NCBI GenBank assembly: GCA_036400935.1
Contig: DASWWW010000002.1
Coordinates: forward strand, 137,529 to 201,528
DNA from: Minisyncoccota bacterium
Lineage (GTDB): Bacteria > Patescibacteriota > Minisyncoccia > Phycocordibacterales > UBA6065
DNA length: 64,000 nt
Reading direction: 5' to 3'
The notes under the pieces are model-generated. The model ran no database searches and was not told the origin of the DNA. It saw only the letters and a list, made by a program, of their open reading frames with translations. The position numbers and the translations under genes are program-made. Positions 1 through 9,241 of the stretch are shown here, piece by piece (position 1 is the stretch's first letter; every line of letters starts with the position of its first letter).

Positions 1-1
1 G

Positions 2-964
2 CGCGATGGCAACAGGCGCCTCCGACTGCGGGCCTACGTTCTCGGACGGATAATTGAAGCAGTACAGGGTCGCCACGTCCGGATCGTACGGCGTGTCCTC
101 CGTATTGAAAGAATAGCTATTGTTGCCCTGGTCTATGAGCGCGACAGGTTTGCCGTTGAGCGTCTCTGGGTACGAGACAGTATAGCCGTTCGCGAGATCG
201 GCCACTTGCGTGCCGACCGCCTGGCCCGGAAGCCTCCTGCCCTTGTTAATATGCGTCAGATAGTCGTCGGCGCCGTCGTAAGCGGGATCAATCAGAAATT
301 CAACCGGCCAAACCGTCTTGAAAGGAGCGATGTATTTCACCTCCGAATCCTTCCTCCAGACAGTCGCCGAGACCGGCGCGCCGTCAAGGCTCCTTTCCAC
401 CGATATTTTCTCTATGCCCACCTTCTGCTTTGCCGTCTCGATCACCTCCCTGTCCGAGCCCTTCGCGTATAGCTCAAGCGGAACGTACTCCGTAATGTTG
501 ACCTCCTGATAGCGATACGCCCAATCGACCTGCTTGCGCGGGAAAGGATGGCCGCCGTACCCTTCCGCCACGTAGAGAATGCCGTCGTACATGAAAACCA
601 TATCCGGCTGCTTGTCATAGGTGCCATTGCCCCACAGCTTCGTCGTATGACCGAAATACAATTTCGAATCGCCGAGGTCGATCTCAAAAATTCCGTCCCA
701 GCTGATCTTGAGAAATCGCATCATGCTATTGCGGCTCTTGTAGTTCGACTCTACCGCCGCGAGGTTCTTTATCGACGACGGGTCGAGCACGATATCGACA
801 TGCTGAAGCCTCTTGTCCGCGTCGACGTCTCGGATCTGCGGCACGCGCGGCTCGTGTGTGCCGTCGGTTTTTGCCAAATGGCCAAGAGTCATTCCCCACC
901 ACGCCACGACGACCGCCATCATCAAGCTGCCCAATGCGAGTACGAAAAGTTTTTTATGCTTCAT
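2..964 (-). CDS. Hypothetical exported/membrane-anchored protein (runs off the window edge)
   Basis: Not in the ORF track; read manually from ATG at 964 (MKHKKLFVLALGSLMMAVVVAWWGM...) and open to the window start; basic N-terminus followed by a hydrophobic segment. Confidence 0.7.
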   Translation of the reverse strand, partial: MKHKKLFVLALGSLMMAVVVAWWGMTLGHLAKTDGTHEPRVPQIRDVDADKRLQHVDIVLDPSSIKNLAAVESNYKSRNSMMRFLKISWDGIFEIDLGDSKLYFGHTTKLWGNGTYDKQPDMVFMYDGILYVAEGYGGHPFPRKQVDWAYRYQEVNITEYVPLELYAKGSDREVIETAKQKVGIEKISVERSLDGAPVSATVWRKDSEVKYIAPFKTVWPVEFLIDPAYDGADDYLTHINKGRRLPGQAVGTQVADLANGYTVSYPETLNGKPVALIDQGNNSYSFNTEDTPYDPDVATLYCFNYPSENVGPQSEAPVAIA

Positions 965-1160
965 ATGCAAACGTTAGTATGCGCTAACGATATCACAGAA
1001 TTCGTGCCACGATTATACTTTTTCTGAAATATCGAACTGGACGTATTTTGCGCACAGTTCGATATTCAAGAAAACACACGCCCGACAGTGCATACGCGCA
1101 GCCCGGATAGCAAAAGCCGCGCCTTGCGGCGCGGCCAATGCTTGCCCAGATAGGCCGATA

Positions 1161-1475
1161 TTAGAGATTGAGATCCGCCATCGCCTCGTCGACAGTCTTT
1201 GTCGCCTTCGACTCCTTTGGAGCTGCGCCGAGAGGCTCTGAAATCTTGAGGTTCACGCGCGAGTTGTTCTTCATTCCGACGATTCGGAGAAGAGTTCGAA
1301 TAGCCTTCGCGGTGTTTCCCTCGCGGCCGATGATCTTGCCCATGTCGGCAGGATTTACGTCGAGGGTAAGGAGGACGCCCATCTCGTCCACGGTTCGGAC
1401 GATCTTTACGTCGCTAGGGTTGTCTACGAGAGCCTTTATGAGATAGTCGAGAAATTTTGCGTCGTTTTCTGTCAT
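1161..1475 (-). CDS. khpA: KH-domain RNA-binding protein (KhpA/UPF0109)
   Basis: DMGKIIGREGNTAKAIRTLL KH motif; directly downstream of rpsP as is usual. Confidence 0.93.
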   Translation of the reverse strand: MTENDAKFLDYLIKALVDNPSDVKIVRTVDEMGVLLTLDVNPADMGKIIGREGNTAKAIRTLLRIVGMKNNSRVNLKISEPLGAAPKESKATKTVDEAMADLNL

Positions 1476-1582
1476 AGTGTTTGAGTTAACGGGATTAATC
1501 GAGCAGATACGCTCTGTTTTTCATTGTAGCACTCTGAAATGAAAAGAAAACTGCCCCTGTGGGCAATTTTCCTTTCGTCTAT

Positions 1583-1939
1583 TTAAGCCTTTGGAGCTTC
1601 TGCTGGGGCTGCTGCCGGAGTCGGAGCGGCTGCCGCTGCTGCCTTTGGATCTACGGGCTTGGCGATAGGCTTCTTGAGCGGGAGGTTGTTCACCTTCTTA
1701 CCTGGGATAACCTTCGTAGCTACGAGCCAGTTGTGGACTGTGTCAGAGAGCTTTGCGCCGTTGGCGATGAGCTGCTTGACTCGGTCTGCCTTGATCTCCT
1801 TTACATCGTTTACAGGATCGTATACGCCGAGGATCTCGAGGAACTTGCCGCTCTTGGTTGAATTCTTTGATTCCGTCAAAACCACGCGGAAAGTCGGGAC
1901 ATTTACGCGGCCGACACGCTGTAATCGAATTTTGAGCAT
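1583..1939 (-). CDS. rpsP: 30S ribosomal protein S16
   Basis: MLKIRLQRVGR...FRVVLTES...GKFLEILGVYDP; Ala/Pro-rich tail. Confidence 0.97.
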   Translation of the reverse strand: MLKIRLQRVGRVNVPTFRVVLTESKNSTKSGKFLEILGVYDPVNDVKEIKADRVKQLIANGAKLSDTVHNWLVATKVIPGKKVNNLPLKKPIAKPVDPKAAAAAAPTPAAAPAEAPKA

Positions 1940-2018
1940 ATTTTTTAGGTAGGCTAGATATTAGCAGAAGCCCGGCAAATCGTCAATATAATCATAAAAA
2001 AGCCGCCCGTTAGGGTGG

Positions 2019-3170
2019 CTATGGGGTCGCCTCGCGCTCCCCCAGGACGATGCTGCGCTGGAGACTCAAATTTAACGTAATGAACTTGATGCCGGCCTCG
2101 TAGCCGGTGCTCTTGAACCAGTGCCTGGCCCAATTCTCCAGCTTGGCTTCAGCGGCATCTCGCACGGATTTGTCCCGCCGATCCATCAGATTGCTCCACT
2201 GAAGGTTTATGACAACGGCATCAGTCTCCGGATACTCGATCTGATAATGCCAGAGGGTAAACTCTCGCTCGTCGAGCCCGGGGACTTCTTTCAATTGCCC
2301 CACGGTCGGGAGATCCTTCTCCTTAACGCTCAAGAATATCTTGAGCGCTTCCTCGACTGCCAAAAGGTCCTTCAACGCCATCTCGAAATAGTCGAAGCGG
2401 GCCGAATTGGCGATCTTGTCGAGAAAGCACAGCTCGCGAAGCGCCTCGGTGGCGGAAAGCTCCGAAAGCCTACATCTCGACACGGCATGAGTCATGTAAA
2501 GCCGAAGCCTCGGATCCTCAAAATGCCATCCATTTATCTCGGCGGCGACAGTCGCCCTCGAATCGGCAGGCACCTGGCTGATCATATGTTTTGCAAGCTC
2601 CTTTAATCGCTCCGCATCTATGTGATAGGAGTACTTTCGCTGTGCGAACATGCACAGCACGCTGTCGATATCGATTTGCAACGGCTGTAGACGCCTGAGC
2701 TCGTCCCAAAGATGAACTCGCAGTCTCGGGAATGCGGGCTGATCGTCGCCGTTTGCCTCCTTGGCGGGCATCGCCTTGATTTTGTCACGAATTCCATAGG
2801 GTAAATCGCCCAAAAGGATTTTTATCATGCCGATAGTTTTCGCTTGAAATCTCAGCCACGTCTCGCTGTCAGTATGCAACTCGAAACCGGTGTGGGCTGC
2901 AGCAAGCGCCGTCGCCGGTCGGACCTCCGTCGACCTGATATTGTCCTTAAAAAACATATCTCGCTCAGCCGCGACAAGAACGCTGAACAGAGAGATGGCT
3001 ACTGTGTCGTCCAGCCTCCTTAGGGCGTCATTGAACGAGATGCGGGCGAGATTATTCGCCTGAACTGGATCCTTTACTTCTTCGAGAACACTCCCCAAGG
3101 TGAATTGCTTGTTCTCTTGCGCCACTTGATACGCCTTGGCGTACCGTTGAATAACCAAACTCTTTTCCAT
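2019..3170 (-). CDS. Hypothetical protein (383 aa)
   Basis: Long ORF with its own promoter-like sequence (TTGACT 3333-3328 / TAGCTT 3311-3306) and a downstream hairpin; no family recognised. Confidence 0.7.
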   Translation of the reverse strand: MEKSLVIQRYAKAYQVAQENKQFTLGSVLEEVKDPVQANNLARISFNDALRRLDDTVAISLFSVLVAAERDMFFKDNIRSTEVRPATALAAAHTGFELHTDSETWLRFQAKTIGMIKILLGDLPYGIRDKIKAMPAKEANGDDQPAFPRLRVHLWDELRRLQPLQIDIDSVLCMFAQRKYSYHIDAERLKELAKHMISQVPADSRATVAAEINGWHFEDPRLRLYMTHAVSRCRLSELSATEALRELCFLDKIANSARFDYFEMALKDLLAVEEALKIFLSVKEKDLPTVGQLKEVPGLDEREFTLWHYQIEYPETDAVVINLQWSNLMDRRDKSVRDAAEAKLENWARHWFKSTGYEAGIKFITLNLSLQRSIVLGEREATP

Positions 3171-3395
3171 TGTCTGCTTTCCGGGCCAAAGCCCTATGCT
3201 GAAACTCTTTCCAGAGAAAGAGGCTTATGCAAGGTCCGCCCAGAGGCGGCTCCATAAGCTTTAGTGGTCTATCAATGAGCGGAGTGCCCACGGATTCCAT
3301 TGCTAAAGCTACTCTTTTGTGGGCTTTAGTCAAACGTGCGCGCGAATGCTGCAGAAAGTAGCAAAATAGGCCATTTTTGCTATAGTGAACAGCAA

Positions 3396-5312
3396 ATGAA
3401 ACAAACTTTTATCGGTACAGTTAGCGTTAATTCTAAAGGCATCGGATTCATCGAGAATCCAGCAGACAAGCAGGGCGAGGACGTAGAGATTCCACAGAAT
3501 CTCCTCCACACCGCCCTTCACAGGGACCAGGTCGAAGTAGCTCTCCAGCCAAAGCGCGGAACCTTCCGCCAGACGGCAGAGGTAGTAAAAATTATCCAGC
3601 GCGCAAAGATCCGCTTTGCGGGCGTTTTGGAGCAGGCCAAGAACGGCTTCGCATTCATCGCCGACGACAAGAGGCTCTATCAGGACATCTTCATCCCGAC
3701 CGCAGCGAGCATGAAGGCAAAGCCCGGCGACAAGGTATACATCGAGCTCACCGAATGGAATGAGAAGCTTTACCCTATCGGCAAGGTCATCGAGATCATC
3801 GGCCGCCACGGCGAGCACAATGCGGAGATGCGCGCCATCGTTTTGGAGCGAGGCCTCGCATACGACTTCCCCGCCCAGGTCCAGCAGGAGGCAGAATCCA
3901 TCGGCAAGAAGGAGAAGCACATAACCAAGGAAGAGCGCGCATCCCGCCGCGATTTCAGCGACGTTCCTACCTTTACCATCGACCCAGTCGACGCAAAAGA
4001 CTTCGACGACGCGATCTCGTTCAAGGAATTGCCAGGAGGCCTCTATGAGATCGGCGTGCACATCGCCGACGTATCTCACTATGTCCGCGAAGGCACGGCC
4101 CTCGACGCCGAGGCCCGCGAGCGCGGCATGTCGATCTACCTCGTAGACCGAACCATCCCGATGCTCCCGGAAGTCCTCTCGAACGACCTCTGCTCCCTCA
4201 ACCCTAACGAGGAGAAGCTCACATTCTCGTCCGTCTTTATCATGAACGACAACGGCGACGTGCTCGAGCGCTGGTTCGGCAAGACCATCATCAAGTCGTG
4301 GAAGCGCTTCACCTACGAGGCAGCCCAGGAAGTGCTCGAGGGCAAGTCAAAGGAGTACTCGAAGGAACTTTTGAAGCTCAATTCGATCGCCAAGAAACTC
4401 AAGGCGGTAAAGGAAGCCTCTGGAGCAATCGATTTCGAGACCGACGAGGTCAAATTCGAGCTCGACGCGACCGGCCGCCCTATCCGCATATACAAGAAGA
4501 CCCGAAAGGACGCGCACAAGCTCGTCGAGGAATACATGCTTCTTTCAAATCGCGAGGTAGCGCACTTCATGTGGAAGGCTAATGCGAAAAACAACGGCGC
4601 CTTCCTCTATCGCGTCCACGACGTGCCTGTCATCGAGAAGATCGACAACCTCATCACCCTCGTAAAGGCCCTCGGATACAACCTCCCCGTCACCAAGAAA
4701 GGCATCGCCGTAAAGGATCTCAAGAAATTGTTTACGGAGGCTGCAGGCACCGCAGAGGAATCATTAATCAAGACCGCAGCCGTCCGATCGATGGCTAAGG
4801 CCGTCTATTCTACGACCAATATCGGCCACTACGGACTGGCTTTCGAGTACTATACCCACTTCACCTCGCCTATCCGACGATACGCAGACCTCATCGTCCA
4901 CCGCCTCCTTTTCCGCGAGCTGACCAAGGGCAAGATCACCCAGGGCGAGGCTACCAAGTTCCAGAAGATCGCCGAGGACAACTCGGAAAAGGAAATCCGC
5001 GCATCAGAGGCAGAGCGTGCTTCCATCAAGTACAAGCAGGTTGAGTACATGAAGGAGCACATCGGCGAGACCTTCAACGGCACCATCACCGGCGTGACCC
5101 AGTGGGGCATGTACGTCGAGGACAAGGAGACAAAATGCGAAGGCATGATCTCATTGCGAACCATGACCGACGACTTCTACAAGTGGAACGAAAAGACCTA
5201 TTCCATCACCGGCGAGAAGACCAAGAAGAAATATACCCTCGGTGACTCCGTAAAGTTCAAGATCGTCGCGGCTGACATGGAAAAGAAGACGCTCGATTAC
5301 GTGCTGGCGTAA
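3396..5312 (+). CDS. rnr: Ribonuclease R (RNB family), no N-terminal wHTH
   Basis: TIDPVDAKDFDDAIS catalytic motif, YTHFTSPIRRYADL, cold-shock and S1 domains; start moved to ATG 3396 just after TATAGT. Confidence 0.96.
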   Translation: MKQTFIGTVSVNSKGIGFIENPADKQGEDVEIPQNLLHTALHRDQVEVALQPKRGTFRQTAEVVKIIQRAKIRFAGVLEQAKNGFAFIADDKRLYQDIFIPTAASMKAKPGDKVYIELTEWNEKLYPIGKVIEIIGRHGEHNAEMRAIVLERGLAYDFPAQVQQEAESIGKKEKHITKEERASRRDFSDVPTFTIDPVDAKDFDDAISFKELPGGLYEIGVHIADVSHYVREGTALDAEARERGMSIYLVDRTIPMLPEVLSNDLCSLNPNEEKLTFSSVFIMNDNGDVLERWFGKTIIKSWKRFTYEAAQEVLEGKSKEYSKELLKLNSIAKKLKAVKEASGAIDFETDEVKFELDATGRPIRIYKKTRKDAHKLVEEYMLLSNREVAHFMWKANAKNNGAFLYRVHDVPVIEKIDNLITLVKALGYNLPVTKKGIAVKDLKKLFTEAAGTAEESLIKTAAVRSMAKAVYSTTNIGHYGLAFEYYTHFTSPIRRYADLIVHRLLFRELTKGKITQGEATKFQKIAEDNSEKEIRASEAERASIKYKQVEYMKEHIGETFNGTITGVTQWGMYVEDKETKCEGMISLRTMTDDFYKWNEKTYSITGEKTKKKYTLGDSVKFKIVAADMEKKTLDYVLA

Positions 5313-5353
5313 GATCCGCCCCGCTCGTTATTTCCATAAAAAAAATCCCTGCG

Positions 5354-5821
5354 CTATTGCGGGGATTTTGCTTGCCGGTAGACGGTGACGACGGTGTCAT
5401 TATCTACCCGGCCGACTGAACCGAGATTAAAATCGGCCTCAGAAGAGCCTGGCAGGACCTCGATGATGGCGACATTGCCGAAATGCGCCTGCCGATCGCC
5501 GAAATTCTGGGACACGTTGCCGGACAGCTTCCTGCCTCGGTAGCTGGGGAGCTCGAATGCTTCGCCCTCGCATACCTCGCTGAAAGGCACCTGAGATCGG
5601 GGCACGAGCGTCCAGAAGCCCACATCATCCATCTGTATTTGCCGCAAAACCTGAAGTCGTGCGAGCGCCTTCAGAAGCACAGGCATGGACGTGTTAGGCG
5701 GCACTTTGCAGAAGAGGTCGCTGATCGACAGCGGCTTGCCGATATTCGCTTTGAGGACATCGATGATCCGCTGCTCTGGGGCTGGAGGTATAACCACTGA
5801 CGGGGGAGCTGATTGACTCAT
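5354..5821 (-). CDS. Hypothetical protein with N-terminal winged-helix-like domain
   Basis: EQRIIDVLKANIGKPLSISDL...LLKALARLQVLRQIQMDDVGFWTL pattern resembles a wHTH. Confidence 0.6.
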   Translation of the reverse strand: MSQSAPPSVVIPPAPEQRIIDVLKANIGKPLSISDLFCKVPPNTSMPVLLKALARLQVLRQIQMDDVGFWTLVPRSQVPFSEVCEGEAFELPSYRGRKLSGNVSQNFGDRQAHFGNVAIIEVLPGSSEADFNLGSVGRVDNDTVVTVYRQAKSPQ

Positions 5822-5919
5822 GGTATGGAAAGAAAACAGTTGACCGACTCGGGATTACCTTGCCAGACTACCCCGCCCTGTATTTTTTGCAAGAAAAAAG
5901 CACCCCGACCGGGCGCCTT

Positions 5920-8190
5920 CTATTTTGCCACCGCCAACGCCTCGTTAAACGCGATCGACAGCAGCTTCGAGTATCCTTCGCGGCCCATAGTGACTCCGTA
6001 GAGCACTCCTGCGCGGCCCATGGTCTCTCGGTTGTGGGTGATGACGATGAGCTGCGACGATTTCGCGAGGCCTTCCACCATGTCGCCGTACTTCTTCGAG
6101 TTCGCCTCGTCGAGGGCGGCGTCTGTCTCGTCCAATATGATAAATGGCGGCGGATTGACCTGAGAGATCGCGAACAAAAGCGCGATAGACGTGAGTGCGC
6201 GCTCGCCTCCCGAAAGCATTTCGAGAGCCTTGATCTTCTTGCGCGGCAAATTCACCTGAATGTCGACACCAAGCTCTGTCTCTTCCGGCTCGTCCTCCTC
6301 GCCTCCTGCGCCGATACCCATTTCTGCCATTTCCTCGGGGGAAAGCTGGCGGCGGCGCTTCTTTTCGCGGACGACGGCAAGGGACGCCTCGCCGCCGCCG
6401 AACATGAGCGCGAAATACTCCTTAAACTGATTGTTTATTTTTGAAATTCCTTCTGAAAAAAGCGTATCGAGCTTCACCTCGAGGTCCTTTATGAGAGTTG
6501 TGAGGGAATTCGCCGAATTCTCGAGGTCGAGAAGCTCGCGCGCCAAAAATTCGTCTCGCTCAGTCGTCTCCTTGAACTCCTTCATGACCTCGCCCGGCGA
6601 GACCGCGCCTGAATCCTCGAGGCGAATCTTTATCTTCTCGATATTCTTGCGGCGATCCTCCTGGGCGTGGCGCTCTTCGGCAGGATGCACGGTCGCATCT
6701 GACTCGTACGCGTAGATATCGCGGCCGATCAGTATCGCGCCCTCCTCGACCTCCCTCTTGAAATCCTCTTTCTCAAGGCGAAGCTTCTCCTCGCGCACGC
6801 GCAGGACGCCGAGCTTGCCGCGTATCTCGTTCTCCTCGGCCATGATGCGGAACATCGCCTTTTCGGCGTCGCGAGAGCTGTCTTTCTCCTTCTCGATGCC
6901 CGCGCGCAATGCGCCATAGGCGTCCGACAGCCTCGCCAGCTCGGATTCCTTCTCCTTCGCCTCGGCGTCGGCATCGGTCTTGCGGCTGCGGAGGATCTCT
7001 ATCTCCTTCTCGAGGTCTCCGGCACGATTCTCCGCCTTGGTATTCTTGTTCGACTCGAGGAAAGCCTTGAGGGACGCGCGAATTTTCGCCAAGACGCCTC
7101 GAATAGCGCCCATGTCAGACGAGGTCTCGATATCCGTGGCCAATCCATCTACGTGCGCGACCAACTCCTTTACCTTGGCGTATTCGACAGTCGTAATCTC
7201 GGCCTGAGCGCTCTGCCTTTCTCGGGCAAGCATCCTCTCGAGGCTTCCGATCTCTCCCTCGATGCGGCCGATAGTGCGGGTAATCTCGTCGCGGGACGCG
7301 CGGACTGTCTTCAGGTTCGATTCAAGCTCGATCAGCTCGCTCGACTTTACGTCCTTGTGCTTCGAGTCCTCCAGGACCTTCTTGGCGAGGGCAAGCTCCT
7401 TTTCGAGGCGCTCCAAATCCTGCTTTGGCTGCGCGCTCTCGGTCGCCAACGCCTTTTCCGTGGCGGAAAGGTAGTCGGACTCGCGCCTGAGGTACTCCTT
7501 GTATACGTTGCGCAATTCCTCGCGCAAGGCGATGGTCTTCTCGACCTTCTCCACCTGCTTTTTCAAAAATTTGAGATGAGGCGCGATCTCCTTTCGCAAG
7601 GATTCGACCTTGTCCATATTCTCGCGCGTCTTTACGAGCTTTCGCTCGCTCTCTTCGCGCTTGTACTGGAAGACCTTGAGGCCGAGGGCGTCCTCGATCA
7701 TCTCGCGGCGCTCCTTGATGTTGGCATTCAAAATGCGGTCCGCCTCGCCCTGGGAAATGATGTGGTGTCCTGAGCTGCCGATGTGGGCGCCGGCGAGCAG
7801 TTCGGTGATATCGCGCAAGCGTACGGCCGACCCGTTGATGAAATACTCGGAAAGAGAGTCGCGATGGATGACGCGCTCGATCGTGACCTCGTCGAAGTCG
7901 ATATTAAGGAGTCTTTTGCCATTCTTCAGGCTGTTATCAAAGACGAGCTTTACCGAAGCGCGGTTGCCTCGCGGCGAATTCTCGCCTCCGTTGAAGATGA
8001 GGTCCTCGGTACGCTTTCCGCGCATCGACTTTATGGACTGCTCACCCAGTACGAAGCGGAAAGCCTCGGCGACGTTCGATTTGCCGGAGCCGTTAGGGCC
8101 CACGACCGCCGTTACGGGCGCATTGAATTCGAGATTCGCCTTCTTGGCGAAAGACTTGAAGCCGGTAAGCTCGAGGGATTTCAGATGCAT
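5920..8190 (-). CDS. smc: SMC-family ATPase, short form (756 aa)
   Basis: GFKSFA, Walker A VGPNGSGKSN, Q-loop IISQG, signature LSGGE, Walker B/D-loop ILDETDAALD, ITH; coiled coil between the head halves. Confidence 0.92.
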   Translation of the reverse strand: MHLKSLELTGFKSFAKKANLEFNAPVTAVVGPNGSGKSNVAEAFRFVLGEQSIKSMRGKRTEDLIFNGGENSPRGNRASVKLVFDNSLKNGKRLLNIDFDEVTIERVIHRDSLSEYFINGSAVRLRDITELLAGAHIGSSGHHIISQGEADRILNANIKERREMIEDALGLKVFQYKREESERKLVKTRENMDKVESLRKEIAPHLKFLKKQVEKVEKTIALREELRNVYKEYLRRESDYLSATEKALATESAQPKQDLERLEKELALAKKVLEDSKHKDVKSSELIELESNLKTVRASRDEITRTIGRIEGEIGSLERMLARERQSAQAEITTVEYAKVKELVAHVDGLATDIETSSDMGAIRGVLAKIRASLKAFLESNKNTKAENRAGDLEKEIEILRSRKTDADAEAKEKESELARLSDAYGALRAGIEKEKDSSRDAEKAMFRIMAEENEIRGKLGVLRVREEKLRLEKEDFKREVEEGAILIGRDIYAYESDATVHPAEERHAQEDRRKNIEKIKIRLEDSGAVSPGEVMKEFKETTERDEFLARELLDLENSANSLTTLIKDLEVKLDTLFSEGISKINNQFKEYFALMFGGGEASLAVVREKKRRRQLSPEEMAEMGIGAGGEEDEPEETELGVDIQVNLPRKKIKALEMLSGGERALTSIALLFAISQVNPPPFIILDETDAALDEANSKKYGDMVEGLAKSSQLIVITHNRETMGRAGVLYGVTMGREGYSKLLSIAFNEALAVAK

Positions 8191-8258
8191 GGGATTTCAG
8201 CCCTATAAATATAGCATGCTCGCGCCGTACCTTACTATATGAGATAGTTATCCGCGGA

Positions 8259-8459
8259 ATGAGTTATTTTAAGTTCTGGCGTAACCTTTTTATCTGGAGC
8301 GGTTTAGCGCTGGCGTCGATCGCTCTCGATATCTGGATAGACTGGATTCCAAGGAAATTCGAGATTGCAGCAATAGTCGTCGGCGTCATCTCCGCGGTCG
8401 CAGTTTGCATATCCGCCATCGGAATGATCGCGTGGGTTTCGAAAAACAAAAAACTATAA
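8259..8459 (+). CDS. Small membrane protein (2 predicted TM segments)
   Basis: 66-aa hydrophobic ORF followed by a strong terminator. Confidence 0.6.
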   Translation: MSYFKFWRNLFIWSGLALASIALDIWIDWIPRKFEIAAIVVGVISAVAVCISAIGMIAWVSKNKKL

Positions 8460-8463
8460 CGTC

Positions 8464-8498
8464 ACGGCCGGTTCGCGCAAGCGAACCGGCCGTTTTTT
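8464..8498 (+). terminator. Intrinsic terminator
   Basis: ACGGCCGGTTCGC-GCAA-GCGAACCGGCCGT followed by a T run. Confidence 0.85.
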
Positions 8499-8521
8499 AA
8501 CTATTGAAATTGCGCGGGAGC

Positions 8522-9220
8522 CTACGCCATCCAGCCCTTTGCCTCGAGCGCCTTCAGCGCGGCATTCTGCTCGGCCTCCTGCTTTGACTTGCCTTCGCCC
8601 GTGGCGATCTGATCCTTGCCGATAAGGACGCCGACGGTAAACGACTTGTCATGGTCGGGACCGGCCTCCCTGACGAGCTTGTACGAAGGCGTGATGCCCG
8701 TCTTCTCCTGGGCTTTCTCCTGAAAGAGGCTCTTGGCGTCGACGAGGTTGCCTTTGGCGATCAGCTTGTCTGCGAATACGAGGATATGCTGCTCGATGAA
8801 TGCCTTTGCCTTGTCATAGCCCTGATCGAGGTACAGCGCGCCCGTCACCGCTTCGAAGGTGTTAGCGAGGATGTATTGGCGGGCGCGCCCCGTATCCTTT
8901 GCCTCGCCCTTCGAAAGCAGAAGGTAATCGTTCATAGTGAGGTTTGACGCGACTTCGGCGAGGGTGATCGAGTTTACGAGCGCCGATCGGTACGTAGTGA
9001 GCTCTCCCTCGGGCTTTGTCGGGTACTTTGCGTATAGAAAATTGGTAACGACCAGCTCCAAAACGGCGTCGCCGAGGAACTCGAGGCGCTCGTTGTGCTC
9101 GAACCGGGTGTTCTTGTTCTCGTTTATATACGAACGGTGCGTGAAGGCCTGGCGCAGGAGGTTCTTATCCTTGAACGATATGCCGGCCTTTTCTTCGAAT
9201 TTTGCGAAATTTATATCCAT
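8522..9220 (-). CDS. rnc: Ribonuclease III
   Basis: NERLEFLGDAVL signature and C-terminal dsRBD (GEGKSKQEAEQNAA). Confidence 0.98.
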   Translation of the reverse strand: MDINFAKFEEKAGISFKDKNLLRQAFTHRSYINENKNTRFEHNERLEFLGDAVLELVVTNFLYAKYPTKPEGELTTYRSALVNSITLAEVASNLTMNDYLLLSKGEAKDTGRARQYILANTFEAVTGALYLDQGYDKAKAFIEQHILVFADKLIAKGNLVDAKSLFQEKAQEKTGITPSYKLVREAGPDHDKSFTVGVLIGKDQIATGEGKSKQEAEQNAALKALEAKGWMA

Positions 9221-9241
9221 TTCCGTATGCGCGGAGCGCTG

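Noticed and set aside
1028-1066. 12-bp inverted repeat AATATCGAACTG/CAGTTCGATATT as a second LexA box
   Set aside because: The GAAC and GTTC halves are 19 nt apart, not 4; more likely a hairpin or a site for another factor.
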